Of a stretch of DNA of 64,000 nt, positions 1 to 9,413 are shown piece after piece. The translations under genes were made by a program, and so were the position numbers. The notes under the pieces are model-generated. The model had not been told where the DNA came from and searched no databases. It saw only the letters and a list, made by a program, of their open reading frames with translations. Origin of the DNA: an uncultured delta proteobacterium (GTDB taxonomy: Bacteria; Myxococcota_A; Polyangia; Polyangiales; Polyangiaceae); NCBI GenBank assembly GCA_963716725.1, contig CAVQUB010000005.1, positions 640,001-704,000 on the forward strand, written 5' to 3'. Positions within the stretch are counted from its first letter, which is position 1. Each line of letters starts with the position of its first letter.

Positions 1-455
1 AGCACGGGGGCACCGTTCTCGTCGAGGCCGAGAGCGTGGACGGGGACGATGTTCGGGTGCTCGAGGCGGCCGGTGATGATGGCCTCGCGCAACAGCGCAC
101 CGGTCGGGCCGTCTCCCGCGCTCCGCGACTTCAGGGTCTTGAGGGCGACCTCGCGATCGAGGGACCGCTGCCGCGCGGCGTGCACGACGCCCATGCCGCC
201 TTCGCCAATCACGCCGCGGACTTCGAGATCCGCGCGGGTGCGCGCGTCCGGATGCGAAGGCGGGACCGAGGCGAGGGCGAAGGACAGCGAGATGCGAGGC
301 AGATCGCCTGGGTCTGGGCGGGTCCAGGCGCGCGTCGACGGCTCGCCTCCCGGACGTTGGGTGGCGTCCAGCGCCACGGCGACGGCGGTGTCGGCGATCC
401 CGAGCTGGCTCACTCGTTCGCCGAAAGTCCGCAGCAACTCCGCTCGATCGTTCAC
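1..455 (-). CDS. Ser/Thr protein kinase (Hanks type), 5' part; runs off window edge
   Basis: Manual reverse-strand translation from GTG at 455 gives ...IGEGGMGVVHAARQRSLDREVALK...LEHPNIVPVHALG (subdomains I-IV). Absent from the ORF track because it is truncated. Similar to 47117..49096. Confidence 0.9.
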   Translation of the reverse strand, partial: MNDRAELLRTFGERVSQLGIADTAVAVALDATQRPGGEPSTRAWTRPDPGDLPRISLSFALASVPPSHPDARTRADLEVRGVIGEGGMGVVHAARQRSLDREVALKTLKSRSAGDGPTGALLREAIITGRLEHPNIVPVHALGLDENGAPV

Positions 456-574
456 GCGCCCGGCATCTTCGCATGCCAACCCCCGCGCGACCCTGCCAAC
501 CACAGGTTGGCGATAGCCGGCCCTAACCCAGCGAAAATACGCGGACCGGCCCTGGTGCGGGACTTGCGAAGGCA

Positions 575-2680
575 ATGGGCGTGAACCTCCGCCTGGCCTC
601 GGTCCTGCTGGTCTTCGCGCTCCTGCTCGGGGGCTGCGGTCCCTCGGCCGACCCGGCGCCCCGGGCGGCCCGCGCCGAGCTGACCGGTGACTCGCCCCTG
701 ATCGCTCACTTCCGGGACGCCGAGCGCGCGCGCGGAGTGCCCGCCGAGTTGCTCGCGACCATCGCCTACGCCCAGACCCGCCTCAGCATGAACCTGAGCG
801 CTGGCGAGGAGCACGCGTCGGACCACGATCACAACCCACGCGAGTGGGGCCTGATGGCCATTGGCACCGGTGGCCTGACTTCGCCCGATGCTGCCGCGCT
901 TCTCGTGGGCACCGGCGTAGAGCGCGTGAAGACCGAGGCCCGCGTCAACATCCTGGCCGCGGCTGCCCTGCTCCGGACCTCGGGTCATGCCCGCGGAGTC
1001 GGCGCCGAAGACGACCTCGTGAGCTGGACGAGCGTCGTCGAGTCTTACGGTGGATTGGCGCTCGTGGAGCAGGTGCGTGCGCTCCTGGCGACCGGGTGGA
1101 AGGGACACGACGACAGCGGCTACGCAGTGGCGGTCAGTGGTATCGCGCTCGACGCCGACGAGCTGGGCAGCGTGCAACAAGCACTGGGCTTCCCCGGTGC
1201 GATTTGGAGCCCTGCCTACTCGGGCAACTACACCAACGCGTCACGCGGCGCCGCGCAGATCAACTACGTCATCATTCACACTACGCAGGGCAGCTACGCG
1301 GGCGCCATCTCGTGGTTCAAGAACTCGACGTCCAACGTGTCGGCGCACTACGTCATTCGCTCCAGCGACGGACAGGTCACCCAGATGGTCGACGACGCCG
1401 ACGTCGCGTGGCACGACGGTTGTTTCAACACCAACACCATCGGCATCGAGCACGAGGGTTACGTCGCCGATCCCGGCAAGTGGTACACCGAGGCCATGTA
1501 CAAGGCGTCGGCCAAGCTCACGGGCTGGCTCTGCGATCAGTACGGGATCCCCAAGGATCGCAAGCACATCATGGGTCACGGTGAGGCGCCGGACTGCTCG
1601 GACCACACCGATCCGGGCAGCGGTTGGAACTGGAATCACTACATGGATCTGGTCGTCAACGGCGCGTGCACGCCCAAGACCGAGGTCTGCAACGGCAAGG
1701 ACGACGACTGCGACGGCAAAGTGGATGAAGGCGACGCCTGCAACCAAGCGCCGACGGGGCACGTCGATGAAGTGAGCTGCGACGCCATTCGTGGCTGGGC
1801 CCAAGACCCTGACGCGAAGACCAAGGCCATCGACGTTCACCTCTACTTCGGCGGGCCGCCGGGCTCGGCCGCCCCGGGCGTCCCACTGACGGCCAACGTC
1901 AAACGTGACGACCTGTGCACGGCCCTCGGATCGTGCAATCACGCCTTCGACATCCTCCCGCCGCTCTCCCTCTTCGACGGCAAGGCGCACGCGGTTCACG
2001 CTTACGGCATCGACACCGCGGGCGGCACCAACGCGGCCCTGACCGGCAGCCCAAAGAACATCAATTGCACCGCGACCGTGCCCAAGGGTGTGCGGCGCCA
2101 TGTGGTGGATCCGACCAGCCTCGATGCCTGGAAGCTCGACCTGTTCTGGGACGCGCTGCCGCTGACCGACCAGCAGATCGCGACGCTCGACCCGGCGGAT
2201 GCCTGGCCCGAAGCGCCCCAGCTGGTGCAAGCCGACGACGGTTCCCCTGAGGTGTGGATCGTCGACGGCGAGTGGCGTCGTCACGTCCCGAGCCCCGAAG
2301 TGATGGGAACCTGGGCGCTCTCCTTCGACGCTGTGAAGAAGGTCCCCGCTGCCGAGGTGAAGGCGCTGCTTGAAGGACCCAAGCTCAGGTCGCGCCCCGT
2401 CCTGGTCAAAGACAGCACGGGCAAGGTCGAGATGATCGACGCCCCGATGCCCGCACCGGGAGCTGCTGTGTCCTTGCCCACGCCAGACGAGCAGGGCTGG
2501 GGTGGTGGCGGCGGTGTGGGCGGGAAACCCGGCGCGAAGCCTGGACCGAAGGCCGCGCACGACTCGGACGCCGACGACCTCGGGACCTCGTGCGCCGTCG
2601 GGCCGCGGCCGCGGTCGGGCGGCGCTTGGGCGCTCTTCGCCCTGCTGGGCGTCCCGCTGCTCCGTCGTCGTCGCGGCTGA
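575..2680 (+). CDS. Lipoprotein N-acetylmuramoyl-L-alanine amidase (Amidase_2) with N-terminal SLT-like region, Cys/Asp metal-binding motif and MYXO-CTERM tail
   Basis: Lipobox LLGGC; amidase motifs IIHTT, SAHY, AWH, IGIEHEG, GH...HTDPG; EVCNGKDDDCDGKVDEG motif; C-terminal SCAVG...WALFALLGVPLLRRRRG. Confidence 0.88.
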   Translation: MGVNLRLASVLLVFALLLGGCGPSADPAPRAARAELTGDSPLIAHFRDAERARGVPAELLATIAYAQTRLSMNLSAGEEHASDHDHNPREWGLMAIGTGGLTSPDAAALLVGTGVERVKTEARVNILAAAALLRTSGHARGVGAEDDLVSWTSVVESYGGLALVEQVRALLATGWKGHDDSGYAVAVSGIALDADELGSVQQALGFPGAIWSPAYSGNYTNASRGAAQINYVIIHTTQGSYAGAISWFKNSTSNVSAHYVIRSSDGQVTQMVDDADVAWHDGCFNTNTIGIEHEGYVADPGKWYTEAMYKASAKLTGWLCDQYGIPKDRKHIMGHGEAPDCSDHTDPGSGWNWNHYMDLVVNGACTPKTEVCNGKDDDCDGKVDEGDACNQAPTGHVDEVSCDAIRGWAQDPDAKTKAIDVHLYFGGPPGSAAPGVPLTANVKRDDLCTALGSCNHAFDILPPLSLFDGKAHAVHAYGIDTAGGTNAALTGSPKNINCTATVPKGVRRHVVDPTSLDAWKLDLFWDALPLTDQQIATLDPADAWPEAPQLVQADDGSPEVWIVDGEWRRHVPSPEVMGTWALSFDAVKKVPAAEVKALLEGPKLRSRPVLVKDSTGKVEMIDAPMPAPGAAVSLPTPDEQGWGGGGGVGGKPGAKPGPKAAHDSDADDLGTSCAVGPRPRSGGAWALFALLGVPLLRRRRG

Positions 2681-2798
2681 ATTGACGCCCGCCGGCGAGT
2701 TCACTCTGGGCGCGTAGCGCCGCGTTCACGCTCGTCGCGCGCACCGGCACCATTTCTTGGACTTCCCGCACTGGTACGAAAGCTGCTCAGCTGGCGGA

Positions 2799-3596
2799 AT
2801 GATTCTCACGCGTGCTGGATGGGTCGTCGCCGTTCTCGTCGTCACCGGGCACGCGCAGGCACAGCCCGAGGCCGCGCCCCAGCCCGACGCGACCCCGCCG
2901 CCCCCGCCGGCACAACCGGGCTTCCATCCCTCGGCGCCGGCGACCGCGCCGCCCCCGCTCCCGCCGGAGGCGCCGCCGCCCGAATCGAGCCGCGCCACCC
3001 GCGAACCCGTCGAGCTGCACCTGCTGCTCGGCTTTGGCAGCGCGGTCTGCGACAACAAGAAGCCCGACAGCGACTGCCCCGTCGACGGAGGCGCAGCCTT
3101 TGCTCTCGGGGGCGGATGGCGCTTCCACGATCACTGGTCGGTGGGGCTCGAGCTCGCCGCCTGGAGCTTCAAGGTACGCGACTCGTGGAAGGGTCAGCTG
3201 CAAGACGACGCGACCGACGTGAAGTTCGGCTCGACCTACTTCGCCGCGTTCGCGCGTTGGTACTGGTTCGACCCCGGCACCATCAATCCGTACCTGCAAG
3301 CCGGGATCGGATTTGGCACGGTGACCGCCGAGGCATCGAACAAGAACGCGACCTACACCTACAGCGCGCCCGGCATCGTCTATCCGCTGGCCATCGGCGC
3401 CGAGTTTCAGGTCTCGAAGCTGTTCCGCATCGGCCCGCAGTTCGGCGCTTACCTGCACGTCGCCAACAAGGTCTGTCAGGACCCCGGCGGCAACGAGACC
3501 TGCACCAGCCCGGGCAAGAACGAAGACGGCGAGCGCGAGGGGCTGGCGCTTCCGTGGCGGCTCGTCGCGGTCGGCACCTTCACCTTCGGGAGCTGA
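2799..3596 (+). CDS. Outer-membrane beta-barrel protein with Pro-rich N-terminal linker
   Basis: Signal peptide ending AQA, Pro-rich spacer, alternating beta-strands (GGGWRF, NPYLQAGIGFG, IGAEFQV), ends GTFTFGS. Confidence 0.65.
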   Translation: MILTRAGWVVAVLVVTGHAQAQPEAAPQPDATPPPPPAQPGFHPSAPATAPPPLPPEAPPPESSRATREPVELHLLLGFGSAVCDNKKPDSDCPVDGGAAFALGGGWRFHDHWSVGLELAAWSFKVRDSWKGQLQDDATDVKFGSTYFAAFARWYWFDPGTINPYLQAGIGFGTVTAEASNKNATYTYSAPGIVYPLAIGAEFQVSKLFRIGPQFGAYLHVANKVCQDPGGNETCTSPGKNEDGEREGLALPWRLVAVGTFTFGS

Positions 3597-3642
3597 GCCG
3601 GGGTAGCGCTTGCCGTCGCTCTTGGGGTAAGCGAAGAGCGGC

Positions 3643-4455
3643 ATGCGTCTAGCTCACCTCGGACCGGCGGGAACCTTCGGCGAGAGCGCCGCGTTTGCGT
3701 GGGCGCCCGACGCCGAGTACCTGCCGGTGTCGAGTCACGCTGGCGTCGTGGCGGCGGTGACCGAGGGCGCGGCGCACGCCGGGGTCCTGGCCATGGAGAA
3801 CAGCATCGAGGGCTCCGTGAGCGAGACGCTCGACCTCTTGATCCACGACACCGACCTCGCCATCACCGGCGAGGTCATCGTGCCCGTCGGGCATTGCCTG
3901 ATCACGCGGGCGGGCACACCTCGGGACGCGATCCAAGTGGTCTACTCGCACCCCCAGGCCCTCGCCCAATGCCGCAAGTACCTCGAGCGTGAGCTGCCCG
4001 CGGCGCGGGTCGAAGCCACGCTCTCCACCGTGGCTGGCGTTGAACGCGCGCTTGAGACGGACGCTGCCGCTGCCATTGGATCGTCGCGCGCGGCCCAGCG
4101 TTTTTCGGCAGAGGTCCTTGCGAGCGGCGTGCAGGATCGAGCAGGCAACGTCACGCGCTTCGTGATCGTCGCTGGGACCGACGCGGCGCCCAGCGGGTGC
4201 GACAAGACCAGCCTGGCCTTCAAGACCGCTCACGACCGGCCCGGCACGCTGGTCGACGTTTTGAGCGATTTGGCTTCGAGAGGGATCAACCTCAGCAAGA
4301 TCGAGTCGCGCCCCGCTCGCGATGCGCTGGGCATCTACGTGTTTCTGCTCGACTTCGAAGGGCACCGCGGCGACGCGGTCGTGGCCGAAGCCCTGGCGCA
4401 GGTGCGGCAGAAGACCAGCTGGCTCAAGGTCTTCGGCTCGTATCCTCGGGCCTGA
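3643..4455 (+). CDS. pheA: Prephenate dehydratase (PDT + ACT)
   Basis: LGPAGTF, ENSIEGSV, SHPQALAQC, NVTRF, NLSKIESRP and GSYP motifs. Confidence 0.95.
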   Translation: MRLAHLGPAGTFGESAAFAWAPDAEYLPVSSHAGVVAAVTEGAAHAGVLAMENSIEGSVSETLDLLIHDTDLAITGEVIVPVGHCLITRAGTPRDAIQVVYSHPQALAQCRKYLERELPAARVEATLSTVAGVERALETDAAAAIGSSRAAQRFSAEVLASGVQDRAGNVTRFVIVAGTDAAPSGCDKTSLAFKTAHDRPGTLVDVLSDLASRGINLSKIESRPARDALGIYVFLLDFEGHRGDAVVAEALAQVRQKTSWLKVFGSYPRA

Positions 4456-4471
4456 GTTCCCGCGACGCTTG

Positions 4472-5329
4472 TCAGCCGATCCGCAAGATCACCAGCGCGG
4501 TCGCCACGTAGGCCATGGCTTCGATGGCGCCCATGCCCACGTTCTTGTCGCGAGCGATCTCGGTGTCGAGGGTTCCCCCGCGGAGCGAAAACGATCCGAG
4601 CAGGATGGTCTGGACGATGAGTTGGCGAACCACGTAGAGGCCCGCGCCCCAGGAGAGCGCCTTGCCATACGCCAGCATCGAGTCACCCCAACCGGTGAAG
4701 GTGCCTTCGACGGCCTGGCCGACGATGACGGCGACGGCCACCGTGAGGCCAGCGTAGCTGAGCGCCGCCGCGACGTTGCCGTTCTGTATTTCAGCCGAGT
4801 CGTCGTACTTGGTGAGCATCCGGAACAAGAGCACCAAGATGTGGAGCGTGACCTGGGCGATCGCGAAGAACACCAGCGACAAGCCCAAGGTCTTGAGGTC
4901 GCTGCCGGCGACCGCCCGAGCCACGATGATGCCGGTGGCCAGGGAGTGCGCTCCGCCGGCGATGCCCGCGGCGATGTTGCCCGCCTCGATCTCAGCGTTC
5001 ATGCGCGACTTGAGCAGCAGGCGCACGCCCAAGCGCGAGGTCACGAGGTAGAGCACGAGGGCCGCGACGCCGAAGGCCGTCACCCAGAGGAGGTCGGCCT
5101 TCCAACTCTTCTCTTCCATGCTGCCCGTGGCGATGTTCGCCGCGATCAAGAAGATGCCGAACACGTCGCCGCCGTGCAGCATCGCGCGGGCCGCGTTGCC
5201 CTGTTCGAGATCCGCCTTGACTGTCTGTTTCGGGGACAGAATGCGGAGGCCGAGCTGGAACAGCAGCAGGAGCACGAGCGTCGCGCCGAGCGCGAACGCG
5301 AGGCGGTAGAGCGGGCTATCGGGTTGCAT
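4472..5329 (-). CDS. Tandem DUF350-family membrane protein
   Basis: Hydrophobic, with four repeats of the DUF350-type motif: DLEQGNAA, EIEAGNIAAGI, EIQNGNVAAAL, EIARDKNVGMG. Confidence 0.75.
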   Translation of the reverse strand: MQPDSPLYRLAFALGATLVLLLLFQLGLRILSPKQTVKADLEQGNAARAMLHGGDVFGIFLIAANIATGSMEEKSWKADLLWVTAFGVAALVLYLVTSRLGVRLLLKSRMNAEIEAGNIAAGIAGGAHSLATGIIVARAVAGSDLKTLGLSLVFFAIAQVTLHILVLLFRMLTKYDDSAEIQNGNVAAALSYAGLTVAVAVIVGQAVEGTFTGWGDSMLAYGKALSWGAGLYVVRQLIVQTILLGSFSLRGGTLDTEIARDKNVGMGAIEAMAYVATALVILRIG

Positions 5330-5359
5330 GGCGGGTCCGAGCCTATCACGGCCCCGGTG

Positions 5360-5434
5360 GCGCCCTTGACCCCGTTCGGCACGCGGACGATGCTGGCCGC
5401 GAGCCGTGCTGCCGTTTTCGGCTTCCGAGCTGCG
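5360..5434 (+). repeat. Direct repeat copy 1 (duplicate of the upstream region and first codons of the Rieske gene)
   Basis: gcgcccttgaccccgttcggcacgcggacgatgctggccgcgagccgtg(6-nt gap)ctgccgttttcggcttccgagctgcg matches 7398..7478 with two substitutions and a 6-nt indel. Confidence 0.92.
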
Positions 5435-5468
5435 AGCTGGTCGCCGCCATCACGGGCGGCTTGCTGGC

Positions 5469-7333
5469 CTACCGCGCACTCACCCGCGCCGGTCCCGTCT
5501 CCGCACGTGCTTCGGGCTCGTAGTACGCATAAGCGACCGACGGCGGCGCCAGTGCGCTGACCCGCATCACTGCGCGCAGACGGAAGGCGAAGCGCTTGCT
5601 CGTGGCCGCGGGAAGGCGATCCAAGTAGACGACGACCCCGCTCGACGTGGGTTGATAGCGCCGCAGCGTGCCGTCGCTGACCAGTTTTTCGAGATCGCTC
5701 GTCTGTAGCTCGAAGCCCGGCGGAATGCCGATCTCGAGGGTCGGCATGTTCATGGCGTTGTTGCGCTTCCAGCCCAGTTCCACCCGGCACTCCAGGGTCT
5801 GGCCGACTGATACGCTGGCAGGGGAGTAGCCGACCCGAAGCGAGACAGCGTCGCTCTCGCCCGCTCGTCCTGCTCCGGTCCACGGCAGATGATGAACGAA
5901 AGCGAGCTGGTACGAGTGGTCGGCGCTGGCGGCGCCTTCGAACTCCACGACGTTTTCGCCGGACCGGACGTGCTCGGTCAACCCGAGCAACTGGTGAACG
6001 TCACGATTGCCCGCGTTCAAGCTGAGCTCCGCGGAGGGAACTCCGTTCACGCGCACCTTGACGAGCTGGTCCCCCGATTCGACATGCTTCGCCCCATCGA
6101 GCAGAGCGCGCAACGCCGCGACGCTGGCTGAAGCGCTGGCCCAAGCGCCGGATGCGTCGCGGCGCGAGAGCAGCCAAGCGTGCGCCTCGACGCGAAGTTC
6201 AGGCTCTAGATCGAGCTTCGACAAGAGATGGGCGACGAGGGCCGTGACCTCGACCTGGAGGGATTCACCGTAGCTGAACATCACGCCCTCTCGCCCGGAC
6301 TTCCAATGGGCCTTTCCGTCTTTTCGCTCCACGAGGGTCGCCAGCCGCGCCGCGATCTTCGACGCGGCGTCGCGATGACCGCCGCTCGACAGGGCGTTGC
6401 CAAAGAGCGCGAGTTCGTACGCATCCGTGGTGGAGTCGTCGCTTTCCAGCTTGGCTAGCGCACGCACGAGACGCTCGTCCTTGATTCCCGACTCGGCGAG
6501 CGCCCAGGCCACGTACGCCGTGGTGGCGAGCAGGCTCGAGCGGGACGCGGACACGGCCGAAGACCCACCCTGGCTGGAGGTGGCCCAGCTGCCGTCGTCG
6601 CGTTGGCCTGCCAACAAGAAGCGGCGAGTTCGCTCGATGAGCTGCTCGTCCACGGGCCTGACCTTGGCCATGTCGGAGAATTCGAGCAGCCCATAGGCGC
6701 TGAGGACGACGTCGCCCGTTGCTCTCCCAAACCAGCTGAACCCGCCGCCTTCGACCTCGAAGGTGAGCAGGCGTTGATACCCCTCGTCGATGTAGGCGCG
6801 GGCCTTCTTCTCGACCTCGGGACTCTGCAGGTTGGAGCGCCGGAGGAAGTCGAGCACGAGCACGTTCGGATAGGTCGTCGACGAGGTCTGCTCGAAGCAG
6901 CCGTACGGTCGCCGAAGCACGCCGTCGAGCGACTCCGCGAGCTGACTGAGCACCCCCCCATACAGCTTCAGCGTCAGCAGGTTGCCACCGGCGATCGCGT
7001 CCCTGGGCACCGTCACCACGAGTCGAGTGGCCTTGCCCAGAGTGCCGCTCTCGACGTGCTCCACCGGCAGCCCGTCGGGCTTGACGCTGATCTTCCGCTC
7101 GACCGCGTCCGCCAGGGACGGCGCGCATGGATCCGGAAGCGCACGGTCCCGCCCGGAAACCCCGTCGCTGCGCCGTCTATCGCGAGTGCGGGCACGACAC
7201 CGGGATTGCCCCTGAGCGGGCCGCGCAACGCCGAGAAGAACCAGGCGCCGAGGGCGACGAAGACAACGGCAACCAGGACCCAAAATCGATGATCCAACCA
7301 CGGAATGTCCCGCTCGACCGGAGTCGGCCCCAT
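5469..7333 (-). pseudogene. Internally deleted, frameshifted alpha-2-macroglobulin family gene (TM anchor joined out of frame to thioester and C-terminal domains)
   Basis: Frame A from ATG 7333: TM helix then PGGTVRFRIHA (MG2-like). Near 7120-7127 the A2M-like sequence continues in another frame: DAVERKISVKPDG...PYGCFEQTSS (CxEQ)...GGGFSWFG...AYAYYEPE. About 620 codons, versus >1500 aa typical of bacterial A2M. Confidence 0.75.
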
Positions 7334-7397
7334 AGAGCGGCATCATGAACGTGTCGTGTCCGGGCGCGCAACGGTTGTGTCGAAACCCCGTTTGGTC

Positions 7398-7478
7398 GCG
7401 CCCTTGACCCCGTTCGGCACGCGGACGATGCTGGCTGCGAGCCGTGCCCCCTCTGCCGTTTACGGCTTCCGAGCTGCG
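7398..7478 (+). repeat. Direct repeat copy 2; contains possible -35 TTGACC and start of the Rieske gene
   Basis: See 5360..5434. TTGACC-N17-GATGCT lies upstream of GTG 7444; the promoter role is inference. Confidence 0.9.
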
Positions 7479-8589
7479 TTCGGTGCTCGCGCCCGTCGCG
7501 AGGGCCGAGCCCCTGCCCAAGGCGGCCTACGCCGATCCGTCGGTGTTCGCCCTCGAACGCGTGCAGCTCTTCGATCGCGCGTGGCTCGCTGTGTGCCACG
7601 GTTCGGAAGTCGAGGCGCCGGGGTCCTTCGTGAAGGCGCCCGTCACTCCCGAAGGCATCCTGGTCGCGCGCGGCGCCGACCTCCGACTCCACGCGCACTA
7701 CAACGTGTGTCGGCATCGCGGGGCGCTGGTCTGTCACGAGCGCGCGGGCCGCACCGACGCGTTTGTTTGTCCGTACCACGCTTGGCGATACGAGCTCACG
7801 GGCCGGCTCTCCTCCGCGCCGGGAACCCGCGGCCTCGAAGATTTTCGGCTCGCCGATCGAGGCCTCTCGCCGGTCCGGGTCGAGGAGTGGCAGGGCTTGG
7901 TGTTCGTCAATCTAGCCGCCGACGCGCCGCCCTTGGCCGCCGCGCTCGCTCCGGCTCCCGAGCACCTCGGGCGGCTGCACCTGGCTCAGCTCCGCCTCGG
8001 GCGGCGCGTCGAGCACGAGGTCGCTGCCAACTGGAAGCTCCTGATCGAGAACTTCCAGGAGTCACATCACTTCCGCAGCGTGCATCCGATGCTCGAGCGT
8101 TGGACGCCCTTCGAGCGATCGTCGAGCTTCATCTCCGACGGAGCGTGGCTCGGCGGCACGATGGAGCTGGTCGACGAGGCCGAGACCGTCTCGCTCGACG
8201 GTCAGCGACACGGTCGTCCCTTGCTCGGTGGGAGCAGTGACCTCGATCGGCGTCGGGTCTACGACTACTTCTGCTTTCCGAACCTGCTCTTGAGCGTGCA
8301 GCCGGACTACCTGCTGACCTACCGCATCTGGCCCCTCGCCCCCGACCGCAGCCGGGTGACCGCCGACATCCTGTTTCACCCGGGCGCCTTCAGCGACGGC
8401 TTCGACCCCAGCGACGTCTACGAGTTCTGGGACGTCACCAACCGCGAAGACCGGGAGATCTGCGAGAGTCAACAGATCGGAATCGCCTCCCGGGGCTTTG
8501 ACCGCGGCCGCTTTGCCACGAGCGAAGACGGAACGCACGCCTTCGACGGGCGCATCGCCCGCTTCTACTTGGAGCACATCGACGTATGA
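7444..8589 (+). CDS. Rieske non-heme iron oxygenase alpha subunit (choline/glycine-betaine oxygenase-like group)
   Basis: Rieske CRH...CPYH; ANWKLLIENFQESHHF..VHP iron site; FPNL; C-terminal EDREICESQQ. Confidence 0.9.
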   Translation: MPPLPFTASELRSVLAPVARAEPLPKAAYADPSVFALERVQLFDRAWLAVCHGSEVEAPGSFVKAPVTPEGILVARGADLRLHAHYNVCRHRGALVCHERAGRTDAFVCPYHAWRYELTGRLSSAPGTRGLEDFRLADRGLSPVRVEEWQGLVFVNLAADAPPLAAALAPAPEHLGRLHLAQLRLGRRVEHEVAANWKLLIENFQESHHFRSVHPMLERWTPFERSSSFISDGAWLGGTMELVDEAETVSLDGQRHGRPLLGGSSDLDRRRVYDYFCFPNLLLSVQPDYLLTYRIWPLAPDRSRVTADILFHPGAFSDGFDPSDVYEFWDVTNREDREICESQQIGIASRGFDRGRFATSEDGTHAFDGRIARFYLEHIDV

Positions 8590-9407
8590 GCCAACTCTGG
8601 GGTGTCTTCGGTCAGCCATTCCTCGATCTCGAGCCCCACGTGGACCTCGGGTTGCTCTCGGAGCTCGACGACGAGATCTGCGCGGGCCTGGCCGAGGTCG
8701 AGGTCGGCTACACCGGCGGCAGCCTGAAGTGGATGGAGGTGGCCGCGCCCTGGGTGCTCGACGACCCCTACGAAGATCTGGGCTGGGTCATCGAGCGCAT
8801 GACCCGCGAAGAGCGCGAAAAGCTGGTCTCACTCGCCGACGATCCGAGCCTCTTCGAGGCTGACAAGCTGATGCAGTACCAGTTCGGGGATGAAACCGAG
8901 CACCCGCTCTCTCGGAAGCAAGCGCGCTGGCTCGAGTACCGGTTCGGCGTCTACTTTCCGTGGAAGGTGGTCTTCCACCTGCTCGAGAACTTCAGCTGGG
9001 ACGACAACCAGAACGGGCGGGGCAAGGAGTGGAACCCCGAGGCGCTGCGCCACTTTCCCAAGACCGTGGCTTTCGTGAAGTCGCTGCCCTTCACCGAGAT
9101 CGGTCGTTGCGTGCTCTTCGGCCTCTCGCCCAACGATCACGCCACCGTGCACCGCGACAGCGAGCCGGGCAGCAGCGTCTCCGTCGCGCAGTGCATCAAC
9201 GTCTGTCCGCGGGGCGACAAACGCTTCTTCTTGGTCGATCCAGAGGGCGAGCAGCAGACCTTCGTGACCCCGCGCGTGTACTGGTTCAACGACATGGACT
9301 ACCACGGCGTCGAGGCCGATCCGTGGTTTCGCTACTCGATCCGCGTGGATGGCAAGCTCGACCCCGCGTTCGTGAACAAGCTGAGCCGCGAGGCGCGGGC
9401 GAGGTGA
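8586..9407 (+). CDS. Uncharacterised putative Fe(II)/2OG-type (DSBH, AspH-like) oxygenase, paralog 1
   Basis: Overlaps the Rieske stop (ATGA); C-terminal HRD...WFNDMDYHGV...RYSIR pattern; strongly similar to 10738..11562. Confidence 0.6.
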   Translation: MSQLWGVFGQPFLDLEPHVDLGLLSELDDEICAGLAEVEVGYTGGSLKWMEVAAPWVLDDPYEDLGWVIERMTREEREKLVSLADDPSLFEADKLMQYQFGDETEHPLSRKQARWLEYRFGVYFPWKVVFHLLENFSWDDNQNGRGKEWNPEALRHFPKTVAFVKSLPFTEIGRCVLFGLSPNDHATVHRDSEPGSSVSVAQCINVCPRGDKRFFLVDPEGEQQTFVTPRVYWFNDMDYHGVEADPWFRYSIRVDGKLDPAFVNKLSREARAR

Positions 9408-9413
9408 GCGAAG

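Noticed and set aside
5406..5708. 100-aa ORF starting like the Rieske protein
   Set aside because: Only the first ~10 codons derive from the duplicated segment; the rest is antisense to the A2M remnant.
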